A stretch of DNA of 64,000 nt from an uncultured Myxococcales bacterium (GCA_937910285.1 CALEOC010000170.1:26000-89999); one strand, 5' to 3'; positions 8,347 through 17,694 are shown, counted from the stretch's first letter. Program-made: numbers and translations. Notes: generated from the letters alone by a model not told the origin.

Positions 8347-9729
8347 ATGGGTACCGAGTTCCGAATCCTCGCCGTCGGCGGCGACCGCGCCGTCCTGGTC
8401 GGCCTCGCACACGCTTTCAAGCGCCTGGGCACGGTGTTCGCCGCCCTCGCCGATCTGTCGCAGCTCCTCGAGTCGGCCGCGCGCTTCGAGCCCAACGCCA
8501 TCCTCGTCTTCGCGCGCCCTTCGCCCGAAGACGCGATGCGCTCGGTCTGGCGCCTGCGAGCCACCCCGCGGTTCGCGAACCTGCCCATCCTGCTCGTCGC
8601 CAGCCTGCCGCCGCGCGACACGCGCGGGGTGACGCGCATCGTCCCCGACCCCTCGGATGTCGCCGACTTCGCGACGCGGCTGCTGGGATTCCTCGCCACC
8701 CTCCCCGCCCCCGCGCCGCGGGTCGAGGACGAGGAGTCCGTCGAGCTCCAGGAGCTCGCCGAGGTCGAGGAGATCCCCGCGCTCTCCGCGCGCATCCTGC
8801 TCGTCGACGACGACCCCTCGCTCTCCAAGCTCTTCGCGATCGCGATGACCAAGTCGGGCTTCGACGTGCGGGTGGCGAGCGAGGGCGAGGAGGGCCTGCG
8901 GGTGGCGCTCGAGATGCGCCCGGACCTCGTCATCGCCGACCTGAACATGCCCCGGCTCGACGGCTGGGGGCTGCTGCGCGCCCTGCGCGCCGACCACCGG
9001 CTCGGCGAAACCCCGCTGATGTTCCTGTCGTGCCACGACGACTACCGCGAGAGCCTCAAGGCGCTGTCGGCCGGCGCCCAGGACTACGTCGCCAAGGGCG
9101 GCAAGCTCGACGCGCTGGTCGCGCGCATCCGCTCCCTGCTCGCCGCGCGCGATGCCTTCGACCTCGCGCTGGCCGGCGGCGAGCGGGTCGGCGCCAAGCT
9201 CGAGGAGCTCGGCGTGCAGTGGGCGCTGCGCAAGATGGGCGCGGCGGGCGTGACCGGGGCGGTCCAGCTCCGCGACGCCTTCTGGACCTGCTACCTGGGG
9301 ATCGACGAGGGCCAGCTGTGCTTCGCGCGGGCCGAGATAGGCCAGCACGTGCTCGAGGGGCCGGGCGCGCTGCCGCCGATAACCTCGCTGCGCAGCGGGG
9401 AGCTGCTCTACGTGCCGAAGAAGGTGCCGGAGAGAAACCTCGAAGGAGCGCTCGAGCAGCTCATCGAGGAGGCCGCGCTCAAGAACAACGCCAACGAGGC
9501 CGCCGCGCTCGATCGCCTCCTGACGCAGGCGACCAAGGTGGAGATCGACGCGGAGCTCTACCAGCTCTACGAGCAGCTCGGCCCGCCCGCCTCGCGGGAC
9601 ATCGCCAGGCTGGTGCGCCAGGGGCTCACTCCGCGCGAGGTGATCGCGCACTCGTCGAAGAGCCCCACCGAGGTCGAGGAGACGATCCGCGACCTGTTTC
9701 GCCGGAAGGTCGTGCGGTTGGGGGTGTGA
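8347..9729 (+). CDS. response regulator: degenerate receiver, canonical receiver and DUF4388-like C-terminal domain
   Basis: 460 aa. The canonical REC domain reads ILLVDDDPSL...DLVIADLNMPRLDGWGLLRALR...PLMFLS...K. The N-terminal REC-like domain lacks an obvious phospho-acceptor Asp. The C-terminal segment LEELGVQWALRKMGAAGVTGAVQL...YLGIDEGQLCFA fits the DUF4388/PATAN pattern. Confidence 0.85.
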   Translation: MGTEFRILAVGGDRAVLVGLAHAFKRLGTVFAALADLSQLLESAARFEPNAILVFARPSPEDAMRSVWRLRATPRFANLPILLVASLPPRDTRGVTRIVPDPSDVADFATRLLGFLATLPAPAPRVEDEESVELQELAEVEEIPALSARILLVDDDPSLSKLFAIAMTKSGFDVRVASEGEEGLRVALEMRPDLVIADLNMPRLDGWGLLRALRADHRLGETPLMFLSCHDDYRESLKALSAGAQDYVAKGGKLDALVARIRSLLAARDAFDLALAGGERVGAKLEELGVQWALRKMGAAGVTGAVQLRDAFWTCYLGIDEGQLCFARAEIGQHVLEGPGALPPITSLRSGELLYVPKKVPERNLEGALEQLIEEAALKNNANEAAALDRLLTQATKVEIDAELYQLYEQLGPPASRDIARLVRQGLTPREVIAHSSKSPTEVEETIRDLFRRKVVRLGV

Positions 9730-9812
9730 GCGGTTTCCGGCCGCCCGAGATCGCGGGCAAGGCCCCCGCGCAGGACCAGGCCCCAGGCCAGCAGCGGGCC
9801 CGCGCGCCACGA

Positions 9813-10061
9813 CGCGTAACGGCAGCCAGGTCGGCCGGCCGGAGATTACGCGGCGAGGGGCTGCCGTCCCGTCGCGAAGAACGCCGATTCCGCGTCGCGT
9901 AATCGCCAAAGGTTCGACCTGGCTGCGCTCACCGCGCCGCGTAAGGGCCTCTTGGCCCAGCACGGGCGCTATTACGCGGCGTGTAAGCACGGTCTCGTCG
10001 GCGAGGACGGGCGTTACGCGGCGCGTAAGGCTCGATTTGCCGAACCAACCGCACTTACGCG
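9813..10061. promoter_or_regulatory. array of TTACGCG/CGCGTAA heptamers with two 15-bp palindromes (candidate multi-site protein-binding region)
   Basis: CGCGTAA at 9813, 9896, 9938 and 10022. TTACGCG at 9846, 9972, 10014 and 10055. Variant CGTGTAA at 9980. Palindromes are TTACGCGgCGCGTAA (10014-10028) and TTACGCGgCGTGTAA (9972-9986). Nested inverted repeats at 9822-9833/9915-9926 and 9844-9852/9896-9904. Confidence 0.55.
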
Positions 10062-10199
10062 CCTCTTCGCCCCCCTTTCGGGGGACGGCCTTGTCATTTC
10101 CACTCCAGACCGGGCAGCATCTCGCCGTTCACCCGGGGGGCCAGGGGACGTCATCGCGTCCGCGTGCACCCCCAACCCACAAAACGGAGGGCGTGCCCC

Positions 10200-10889
10200 A
10201 TGGCAAAGAAGCTCCACAAGAACGCATCCACCGAGTCGCATCTGCACCAGGGCGAAAAGCAGATCATCCGGCTCCAGCTCGACGAGAACGCCGCGCCGCT
10301 CGCGGGTCCGATCGCGACGAGCACCGCGACGCTGCGCACCGCCTACGAGAAGCGCCTCGCCGCCGAGAGGGCGCTCGTGCCGTTCGAGGTGAGGAGCGCG
10401 CACGCCGACCACGCGTGGGACATGGCGCTCCGGGGCACGGCGAAGACGCTCGAGGTCCGGGCCGGCGGCTCCAAGACGCCCGCCTACCGCGAGGTCTTCC
10501 CCAAGGGGTTCGGCGTGCTGGTCACCCCGAGCGGCGACGCCCAGCTCGTCACGGCCGACCAGTTCATCGCGCACTTTGGCGCCTGCACGAGCCCCGAGGC
10601 GAGGACGGTCGCCGAGGAGTACCTGCCGAAGCTGCAGACCGCGCGCGAGGTCCTGCGCACCGAGCTCGCCGCGCGCAAGCAGGCCGAGGGCGTCGTCTTC
10701 GCCGCGCGCGCCGAGGAGCTGGCGGCCAAGCGCGACTACAGCCGCACCATCGACAAGACGATCGCCGAGATCCGCGCGCTCTACCCCGAAGACCGCCGGC
10801 GCCAGGACTTGCTCTTCCCCAGCATCGACGCGGCGCGCGGGGACCGCGACGACGAGCAGGCTACCGACAGCGAGCCCGAGCAGGGCTAG
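10200..10889 (+). CDS. hypothetical protein
   Basis: ATG at 10200 is preceded by ACGGAGG. 229 aa with GC-rich third positions and balanced composition (MAKKLHKNASTESHLHQGEKQIIRLQLDEN...). Acidic C-terminus. I recognise no domain. Confidence 0.6.
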   Translation: MAKKLHKNASTESHLHQGEKQIIRLQLDENAAPLAGPIATSTATLRTAYEKRLAAERALVPFEVRSAHADHAWDMALRGTAKTLEVRAGGSKTPAYREVFPKGFGVLVTPSGDAQLVTADQFIAHFGACTSPEARTVAEEYLPKLQTAREVLRTELAARKQAEGVVFAARAEELAAKRDYSRTIDKTIAEIRALYPEDRRRQDLLFPSIDAARGDRDDEQATDSEPEQG

Positions 10890-10987
10890 CGCACACCCTC
10901 GCCGCTTCCCCTCGCCCCGCGCTTGGCCCCGGGCCGACGACGGCCCGGCTTGCGGCGCCCTCGGGCGGGCGGCGAGGATTCCCCACG

Positions 10988-11030
10988 AAAAAGCCCCTCC
11001 TCGACCGAGTCGAGGAGGGGCTCCAGGTTT
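10988..11030. terminator. bidirectional rho-independent terminator candidate
   Basis: Perfect 12-bp stem GCCCCTCCTCGA (10993-11004) / TCGAGGAGGGGC (11010-11021) with a 5-nt loop. Flanked by AAAAA on the left and GGTTTT on the right. Lies between the convergent genes 10200-10889 (+) and TetR (-). Confidence 0.6.
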
Positions 11031-11073
11031 TCGCAACGACGCTCTCGCGCTCAGGCGCCATGGCGGCGCCTCT

Positions 11074-11796
11074 TCACCGTCGCCCGGAGCGGCGCCGCCC
11101 GGCAGAGCCGCGGCCACCATGCGGCCCGGCGCAATCTCGCTGCGGCCCGCGCAGGTAGCCCTCGAGCATCGCCACCAGCTCCTCCGAGAACTCCTCGCGT
11201 GACAGCCCCTGCTCCGGGTGCGCGGCGAACCGGTGGGTGAGCGCCTCGACGCTCTGCACCACCAGCCGCGCCGCGCGCTCGAGATTGCTGCGGGCGGCCT
11301 CGGGGCAGGTGCGCAGCAGGCCTGCGACGGTGCGCGCGGCCTCTTCCTCGTTGCGCTCCACGGCCTCGTTGAGCCGCGGAGGCAGCGGCGTCTCCTCGAG
11401 CAACAGGTGCTGCAGGCGCGGCCGTCCGCCGTGCATCTCGAGCATCGCCTCGACGTAGGTCTGCAGCGCGTGGCGCAGATCGCGCGGGCGCGCCAGCGTC
11501 GCCCCGGCCCAGTCGTTGACCCGCCGCCTCGTCTCGGCCAAGTGGCGCTCGAGAAGCGCCACTGCGAGCGCCTCCTTGTTCGGAAAGTACTGGTAGAGCG
11601 TGCCGACCGAGACCCCCGCGCGCGCCGCCACCCGGTTGGTGGTGGTGCCGGCATAGCCGTGCTCCTCGAAAACCTGAACCGCTGCCACGAGGAGCTGCTC
11701 GACCGTGGCTTGGGAGCGCCGCTGAACCGGGCATTTTCTCGGCTCGAGGAGCTTCTTCGGTGCGGGCCGCCTCAGTTTCTGAATGCGAGTAGACAT
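11074..11796 (-). CDS. TetR/AcrR family transcriptional regulator
   Basis: 240 aa. N-terminal HTH QLLVAAVQVFEEHGYAGTTTNRVAARAGVSVGTLYQYFPNKEAL. Divergent from the ATPase gene. Confidence 0.9.
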   Translation of the reverse strand: MSTRIQKLRRPAPKKLLEPRKCPVQRRSQATVEQLLVAAVQVFEEHGYAGTTTNRVAARAGVSVGTLYQYFPNKEALAVALLERHLAETRRRVNDWAGATLARPRDLRHALQTYVEAMLEMHGGRPRLQHLLLEETPLPPRLNEAVERNEEEAARTVAGLLRTCPEAARSNLERAARLVVQSVEALTHRFAAHPEQGLSREEFSEELVAMLEGYLRGPQRDCAGPHGGRGSAGRRRSGRR

Positions 11797-11798
11797 AA

Positions 11799-11816
11799 CC
11801 TGAAGGATTACTCAGG
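11799..11816. promoter_or_regulatory. short inverted repeat in the TetR/ATPase divergent region (possible operator)
   Basis: CCTGA (11799-11803), 8 nt, TCAGG (11812-11816), in an AT-richer patch directly upstream of the TetR start. The match is weak and short. Confidence 0.2.
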
Positions 11817-11883
11817 ATCGTCCGTGCTTTCCAGTGGCCTCTCGCCCCGAGGCGGCGAGCGGGCCTTTTCCGAGGACGACGCG

Positions 11884-14490
11884 ATGACCAGCAAGGCTTC
11901 CGAGTGCACCCCTCCCAGCGTCCCGCCTGCCGCGAAGGCGGCCGAGAGTCTCGATCTGGGCGGGTTCGACGGGTTGAGCGAGCAGGAGGCCGCCGCCCGG
12001 CTCGCGGCCGAGGGGTTCAACGAGCTGCCGGCCGGCCGCAAGCGCGGGCTGCTCGGCATCGTCCTCGAGGTGCTCCGCGAGCCGATGTTCCTGATGCTGG
12101 TCGCCGCGGGCCTGCTCTACCTGCTGATGGGCGAGCCCAGGGACGCGCTGATGCTGCTCGGCTTCGTCTTCGTGGTGATGGGAATCACCGTGGTGCAGGA
12201 GCGGCGCACCGAGCGCGCGCTGGACGCCTTGCGCGACCTGTCGAGCCCCCGCGCGCTGGTGGTGCGCGGCGGCGTCCACCGCCGCATCGCCGGCCGCGAG
12301 GTGGCTCGCGGCGACTTCGTCGTCCTCGGCGAGGGCGACCGCGTCCCTGCCGACGCCCTCCTGCGCCGCGGCATCAACCTGAGCGTCGACGAGTCGCTGC
12401 TGACCGGCGAGTCGGTCCCGGTGCGCAAGCGCGCGAGCGCGACGGCGACCGCCCTCGACAAGCCCGGCGGCGACGACTTGCCTTCGCTCTTCTCCGGCTC
12501 GCTGGTCACGGCCGGCCAGGGCGTCGCCGAGGTGGTCGGCACCGGGCTGGGCACCGAGCTGGGCAAGATCGGCCGCGCGCTCGAGCAGCTCGAGCCCGAG
12601 CCGACGCTGCTGCAGCGCGAGACCAACCGGATGGTCAAGCTCTTCGCGCTGGTCGGCCTGTCGGCCTGCGCGCTGGTGGTCGTCGTCTACGCCCTGACCC
12701 GCGGCGGCGGGCCCGCCGAGTGGAAGCAGGGGCTGCTCGCCGGCATCGCCATGGCGATGGCCACCCTGCCCGAGGAGTTCCCGGTCGTCCTCACGATCTT
12801 CCTGGCGCTGGGCGCCTGGCGCATCTCGAAGAGCAACGTGCTCACCCGGCGCATGCCCGCGGTCGAGACCCTGGGCGCGGCGACCGTGCTGTGTACCGAC
12901 AAGACCGGCACCCTGACCCTCAACCAGATGACCCTCAAGCGGCTGTCGAGCGGCGGCCGCGAGGCCGAGCTGAAGGCGGGCGAGCCGCTGAGCGACGCGC
13001 TGCACGAGGTGCTCGAGTACGCGGTGCTCGCCAGCAAGCCCGACCCGTTCGACCCGATGGAGAAGGCGCTGCGCAACGCGGGCGAGAGCTTCTTGGGCGG
13101 CACCGAGCACCTGCACCCGGGCTGGAGCCTGAGGCGCGAGTACCCGCTGTCGCCCGAGCTGCTCGCCGTCAGCCACGCTTGGCTGGCCGAGGACGGCAAG
13201 ATCAAGCTCGCCTCCAAGGGCGCGCCCGAGGCTGTCTTCGACCTCTGCCACCTGCCGGCCGAGCGGCGCGAGGAGTTGGAAGAGCAGGTCACCGCGCTCG
13301 CCGCGCAGGGGCTGCGGGTGCTCGCGATCGCCCGCGGGGAGACGACCCCGGAGCGGCTGGCCACCGGCCACCATGACCTGACCCTCGAGCCCTTGGGCCT
13401 GGTCGGCCTGGAGGATCCGCTGCGGCCGACCGTGCCCGCGGCCATCAAGGAGTGCCAGAAGGCCGGCATCCGCGTGGTGATGATCACCGGCGACTACCCG
13501 GTCACCGCGCAGAGCATCGCCCGGCAGGCCGGGCTGGAGAACGCCGAGGAGGTCATCTCCGGCCCAGAGCTCGACGCGATGAGCGACGAGGAGCTGGCCC
13601 GCCGCGTGCGCACGGTGCAGGTCTTCGCGCGGGTGGTGCCCGAGCAGAAGCTGCGGCTGGTCAAGGCGCTCAAGGCCAACCGCGAGGTTGTGGCGATGAC
13701 CGGCGATGGCGTCAACGACGCGCCTGCGCTCAAGGCCGCGCACATCGGCATCGCGATGGGCGGCCGCGGCACCGACGTGGCCCGCGAGGCCGCGTCGCTG
13801 GTGCTGCTCGACGACGACTTCTCCTCCATCGTGGCCTCCGTGCGACAGGGCCGGCGCATCTTCGACAACATCCGCAAGGCCATCTCCTTCATCGTGGCGG
13901 TCCACGTGCCCATCGCCGGGTTGTCGATGATCCCGGTCTTCTTCGGTAGCTGGCCGCTGCTGCTGCTGCCGGTCCACATCGTCTTCCTCGAGCTGGTGAT
14001 CGACCCCTCGTGCTCGCTGGTCTTCGAGGCCGAGGAGCCCGAGACGGGCGTGATGGAGCGGCCGCCGCGCGACCCGGGCCAGCGGCTCTTCTCGCTCAAG
14101 GGCCTGGGGCTGAGCCTGCTGCAGGGGCTGAGCGTGCTGGCGGCCTGCCTGGCGGTCTTCCTCGTCGCCCGCGTCAACCACGCCCCGGACGCCGCGCGCG
14201 CCCTGACCTTCGCGGCGCTGGTGGTCGCCATCGTGGCGATCATCCTGGCCAACCGCTCGTGGTCGAAGACCATGCTCGGCGGGCTCACCTCGCCGAACAC
14301 GGCGCTCTGGTGGGTGCTCGCCGGGACCGCGTTCTTCCTGGCGCTGGTGCTCTTCGTGCCCCCGGTGCGCGCGGTCTTCCACTTTGCGCCCGTGCACCCG
14401 TCCGATCTGCTGGTGAGCCTCGCCGCGGGCGTCGCCTGCGTCGCCTGGTTCGACATCCTCAAGCTCGTCCACCGGCGCCGCGCCGCGTGA
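11884..14490 (+). CDS. cation-transporting P-type ATPase (P2-like, Ca2+/Mg2+ type)
   Basis: 868 aa from the ATG at 11884. Motifs TGES, CTDKTGTLT, MITGD and TGDGVNDAPALKAAHIG, with about 10 hydrophobic segments. The N-terminal part of the 1090-aa ORF overlaps the TetR gene antisense. Confidence 0.9.
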   Translation: MTSKASECTPPSVPPAAKAAESLDLGGFDGLSEQEAAARLAAEGFNELPAGRKRGLLGIVLEVLREPMFLMLVAAGLLYLLMGEPRDALMLLGFVFVVMGITVVQERRTERALDALRDLSSPRALVVRGGVHRRIAGREVARGDFVVLGEGDRVPADALLRRGINLSVDESLLTGESVPVRKRASATATALDKPGGDDLPSLFSGSLVTAGQGVAEVVGTGLGTELGKIGRALEQLEPEPTLLQRETNRMVKLFALVGLSACALVVVVYALTRGGGPAEWKQGLLAGIAMAMATLPEEFPVVLTIFLALGAWRISKSNVLTRRMPAVETLGAATVLCTDKTGTLTLNQMTLKRLSSGGREAELKAGEPLSDALHEVLEYAVLASKPDPFDPMEKALRNAGESFLGGTEHLHPGWSLRREYPLSPELLAVSHAWLAEDGKIKLASKGAPEAVFDLCHLPAERREELEEQVTALAAQGLRVLAIARGETTPERLATGHHDLTLEPLGLVGLEDPLRPTVPAAIKECQKAGIRVVMITGDYPVTAQSIARQAGLENAEEVISGPELDAMSDEELARRVRTVQVFARVVPEQKLRLVKALKANREVVAMTGDGVNDAPALKAAHIGIAMGGRGTDVAREAASLVLLDDDFSSIVASVRQGRRIFDNIRKAISFIVAVHVPIAGLSMIPVFFGSWPLLLLPVHIVFLELVIDPSCSLVFEAEEPETGVMERPPRDPGQRLFSLKGLGLSLLQGLSVLAACLAVFLVARVNHAPDAARALTFAALVVAIVAIILANRSWSKTMLGGLTSPNTALWWVLAGTAFFLALVLFVPPVRAVFHFAPVHPSDLLVSLAAGVACVAWFDILKLVHRRRAA

Positions 14491-14877
14491 GCCGGGCTGC
14501 GAGACCCGAGGTTCCCAAGGCGAGCGGACGCTGTCGGTGTTCGAGAGCGCCCTTGGCGGCCTTGGACAGGTTGCCGCTCGACGATCCGCGCAAACGCCCA
14601 AGCCACGTCGGGCCCGGCGTTCGAGTCCGAAAAAGGCGAATCAGCGAATCCCTTACTCCCGGAGGCGCCCCTCGGCCGCCTCGACGGCAGGGGAAGACCG
14701 GTCGCGTCCGGACTGCTGGAGAGCCCCGGCAGGATCTCTCGGGGCGCCCGCCATCACCGCGAGCGGCGACCTCGCGGGCGAACGAAGGAGATGGAGTCGA
14801 GCGTATCGGCCCGTCCCCGCGCCCGCCGTTCACCTGGAGCTGAGCGATTGCTGAGCGAACGGTTCTTCGACGGCCCT

Positions 14878-16371
14878 TCAGGCCGCGGGCGCCGGGGCCA
14901 TCTCGCCACGGGGCTTTCTCGCCTGCAGCACCGACACCACGCCGCAGTAGAGGAAGCCGACCTGGAAGAGCACCAGGAACGGCAGCGAGTACCAGATGCC
15001 GTTCTCGATGGCGAAGAATATCGAGTAGGTCAGGTAGAGGCCGAGGGCGATCTCGACCAGCGGCACGAAGTTGAGCTTGCCGCGGTACTTGGTCTTCGTC
15101 GCCGCCGCCTTCTCGCCCTTGTTGACGACGCCGAGCTTGGGCGTGCGCACGAAGCCCGACTGCTGGTTGAGCAGCGCCTCGAGCACCGCTTTGGCGTTGT
15201 TGACCGACAGGCCGATGCCCAGCGACATCAGGAACGGCAGGTACTTCATCCGCGCGCCCCAGTTGCCGCCGACCTCGCGCTGCGAGGCGACGTAGAAGAA
15301 GCAGACCGAGGCGGTCGCCAAGATGAAGAACGGGAAGTCGAGCAGCAGCACCCCGTACCAGCCGTGGCGGAAGCGGATGACCATCGACAGCGGCATCAGC
15401 AGCGAGAGCACCACCATCAACAGGAAGGCGACGTTGTTGGTGAGGTGGAAGAAGGCCTCCTGCTTGATTCGGAACGGCAGCTTCGCCCTGAGGATGGTCG
15501 GCAGCAGCTTGCGCGCGGTCTGGATGGAGCCCTTGGCCCAGCGGTGCTGCTGGCCCTTGAAGGCGTTGATGTCGACCGGGATCTCGGCCGGCGAGAGCAC
15601 GTTGGGCAGGAAGACGAAGCGCCAGCCCTTGAGCTGCGCGCGGTAGGAGAGGTCCAAGTCCTCGGTCAGCGTGTCGTGCTGCCAGCCGCCCGCGTCCTGG
15701 ATGGTCTCGCGCCGCCAGATGCCCGCGGTGCCGTTGAAGTTGAAGAAGCGCCCGGAGCGGTTGCGCGCGGTGTGCTCGATGACGAAGTGGCCGTCGAGGA
15801 GGATCGACTGCGTCTGCGTCAGCAGCGAGTAGTCGCGGTTGATGTGGTCCCAGCGCACCTGCACCATGCCCACGCCGTCGTCCGAGAAGTAGGGGACGGT
15901 CTTCTTCAGGAAGTCGGGCGGGGGAAGGAAGTCAGCGTCGAAGACCGCGACGAACTCGCCCTTGGCCTGCTTGAGCCCGGCCTCGAGCGCGCCGGCCTTG
16001 AAGCCGCTGCGGTCGGCGCGGTGCAGGTAGACGATGTCGATGCCCGCCTTGCGGTGCTTGTCGACGACCTCGCGGGCGATCTCCCGGGTCTCGTCGGTCG
16101 AGTCGTCGAGAACCTGGATCTCGAGCAGCTCGCGCGGATAGTCCATCTTGCAGACCGCGTCGATGAGCCGCTCGCAGACGTACATCTCGTTGAAGATCGG
16201 CAGTTGGATGGTCACCCGCGGCAGCGTCTCGAGGCGTCCCTTGGGAGTCGGCAGGCGGTACTTGTGGCGGTAGTACAGAAACGCCATGAAGTAGCGGTGC
16301 GAGCCGTAGACCGAAAGGACCGCGAGCACCAGGAAGTAGACCCCAAGCAACAGCGACTCGACGAGCGTCAT
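14878..16371 (-). CDS. processive family-2 glycosyltransferase (cellulose-synthase/CslA-like, membrane-integrated)
   Basis: 497 aa. Motifs LDDSTD, DADF, TEDLDLS and QQHRWAKG (QxxRW). One N-terminal and several C-terminal TM segments. Confidence 0.9.
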   Translation of the reverse strand: MTLVESLLLGVYFLVLAVLSVYGSHRYFMAFLYYRHKYRLPTPKGRLETLPRVTIQLPIFNEMYVCERLIDAVCKMDYPRELLEIQVLDDSTDETREIAREVVDKHRKAGIDIVYLHRADRSGFKAGALEAGLKQAKGEFVAVFDADFLPPPDFLKKTVPYFSDDGVGMVQVRWDHINRDYSLLTQTQSILLDGHFVIEHTARNRSGRFFNFNGTAGIWRRETIQDAGGWQHDTLTEDLDLSYRAQLKGWRFVFLPNVLSPAEIPVDINAFKGQQHRWAKGSIQTARKLLPTILRAKLPFRIKQEAFFHLTNNVAFLLMVVLSLLMPLSMVIRFRHGWYGVLLLDFPFFILATASVCFFYVASQREVGGNWGARMKYLPFLMSLGIGLSVNNAKAVLEALLNQQSGFVRTPKLGVVNKGEKAAATKTKYRGKLNFVPLVEIALGLYLTYSIFFAIENGIWYSLPFLVLFQVGFLYCGVVSVLQARKPRGEMAPAPAA

Positions 16372-16485
16372 CTCGTTCGTGCCCTCGAGGCCGTGGCTTC
16401 TCCTTCCCCCTTCGCCCTACCGCCACGGCCCTTGGCGCGCTTTTTCTGCGCGTTTTCGGCAACCAGTTATGGAAAAGTGCGGCGG

Positions 16486-16514
16486 ACTATAGGTCAGACG
16501 GTATAGCTCCGCAA
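16486..16514 (-). promoter_or_regulatory. candidate sigma70-type promoter for the GT2 gene
   Basis: On the minus strand: TTGCGG (16514-16509), 17 nt, TATAGT (16491-16486), in an AT-richer island about 115 nt upstream of the GT2 start codon (16371). Confidence 0.35.
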
Positions 16515-16653
16515 TCTGCGATTCCGCCCCGCGCCAACCCCTATCTTTCGACCAGAGCGCCTGGTGTCGCCCCGCAAACAGCAGCGCCCCCGGGACATGG
16601 AGCGCGGGGGGGGGGCGCAGCAGGCGAGCCAATGCTCGCGGCGTGAAGGTCGG

Positions 16654-17634
16654 TCAGGCGCTGGCGAGCACCTGCGGCTGCTCGAGCGCGCGCGGGGGGC
16701 CGGGCTCCACGGCGCGGGGCTGCGCGTCGGTGCGGGCGCGCTCGAGGATCGCCGCGACCAGCTCCTCGAAGCTCATCCCCGCGGCGCGGGCGATCTTCGG
16801 CAGCAGGCTCGTCGCCGTCATCCCCGGCAGCGTGTTCACCTCGAGGACGAAGTCGTTCTCGGTGTCCGAGGCGATGAGGTCGACCCGGCCATAGCCGCGG
16901 CACCCGAGCGCGCGCCAGGCGAGCAGCGCGAACGTCTCGAGGTTCTTCAACCGGGTCGGGCTGACCCGTGGCGGCAGGTGATAGCGGGTACCGCCCAGGT
17001 ACTTGCTCTCGTAGTCGAAGACTTCGCGCGGCGCGGCGACCTCGCAGGCGCCGAGTACCTGGCCGTCGAGGATGCCCACGGTGATCTCACGCCCGCGCAC
17101 GAAGCGCTCGACGAGCACCTCGCCGCCATAGCGGCAAGCCTCTGCGGCGGCCGCTGCGAGCTGCTCGCAGTCGCGCGCGACCGCCAGGCCGTACGAGGAG
17201 CCCGAGCAGGCCGGCTTGACGACCGCCGGAAAGCCGAGATCGCCGTGTACCTCGAGCACCTGCGCAAGCTCGCTGGCTTGGAGCGTGTAGCCGGCCGGCG
17301 TCGGCAGGTTCTGGAAGCGCAGCAGCTTCTTGGCCATCGGCTTGTTCATCGCAAGCGCGCTCGCCAGCACACCCGAGCCGGTGTACGGCAGGCCCAGCAC
17401 CTCGAGCAGCCCCTGGACCCTGCCGTCCTCGCCCATCGGCCCGTGCAGGGCGATGAAGGCCGCGTCGACCTCGAGCGGGCGCAGGCTGCGCTCGAGCCCG
17501 GGCCCGGCGAGCACGCGATGGACCTCGTGGCCGCGCTTGGCGAGCGCCTTGGCGACCGCCTCGCCGGTGCGCGTCGACACCTCGCGCTCCTCGCCCCACC
17601 CGCCCATCAGCACCGCTACCCGGCGAAACTCCAT
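16654..17634 (-). CDS. ddl: D-alanine--D-alanine ligase
   Basis: 326 aa. Motifs VAVLMGGWGEEREVS, FIALHGPMGEDGRVQGLLEVLGLPYTGSG and EVNTLPGMT. Confidence 0.92.
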   Translation of the reverse strand: MEFRRVAVLMGGWGEEREVSTRTGEAVAKALAKRGHEVHRVLAGPGLERSLRPLEVDAAFIALHGPMGEDGRVQGLLEVLGLPYTGSGVLASALAMNKPMAKKLLRFQNLPTPAGYTLQASELAQVLEVHGDLGFPAVVKPACSGSSYGLAVARDCEQLAAAAAEACRYGGEVLVERFVRGREITVGILDGQVLGACEVAAPREVFDYESKYLGGTRYHLPPRVSPTRLKNLETFALLAWRALGCRGYGRVDLIASDTENDFVLEVNTLPGMTATSLLPKIARAAGMSFEELVAAILERARTDAQPRAVEPGPPRALEQPQVLASA

Positions 17635-17677
17635 GGCTGCTCCTCCTGTCGATTCGACTCCGTTCCCGCAGCCGTCA

Positions 17678-17694
17678 AAGCATCGGTAGTGCCA
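17678..17694 (-). promoter_or_regulatory. sigma54-like -24/-12 element upstream of ddl
   Basis: The minus strand reads TGGCACtaccgATGCt (GG and GC with canonical spacing), about 45 nt upstream of the ddl ATG. About one such match is expected by chance in a window this size, so this is only suggestive. Confidence 0.2.

Noticed and set aside
7394-8410. N-terminal 339 aa of the 670-aa ORF 6398-8410
   Set aside because: This part runs antisense through the MaoC gene and across REP copy A (it translates to ...VEGPFDFA...TLRVSG). The homologous ParB-like region begins after the internal Met at 7393, which has an SD. The ORF was trimmed to 6398-7393.
11812-14601. 929-aa minus-strand ORF
   Set aside because: Antisense to the P-type ATPase gene, which carries unmistakable DKTGTLT and TGDGVNDAPAL motifs. 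The antisense product is Arg/Gly/Asp-rich junk.
14600-14630. tRNA-like T-loop strings (GCGTTCGAGTCCG at about 14611; GGTTCGATTCAGG at about 35366)
   Set aside because: The flanking bases cannot form a T-stem, acceptor stem or anticodon arm, so these are isolated chance matches. No tRNA or rRNA gene was found.
14791-16506. 571-aa plus-strand ORF
   Set aside because: Antisense to the GT2 gene, which has the D,D,D,QxxRW motifs. Same GC-artefact composition.
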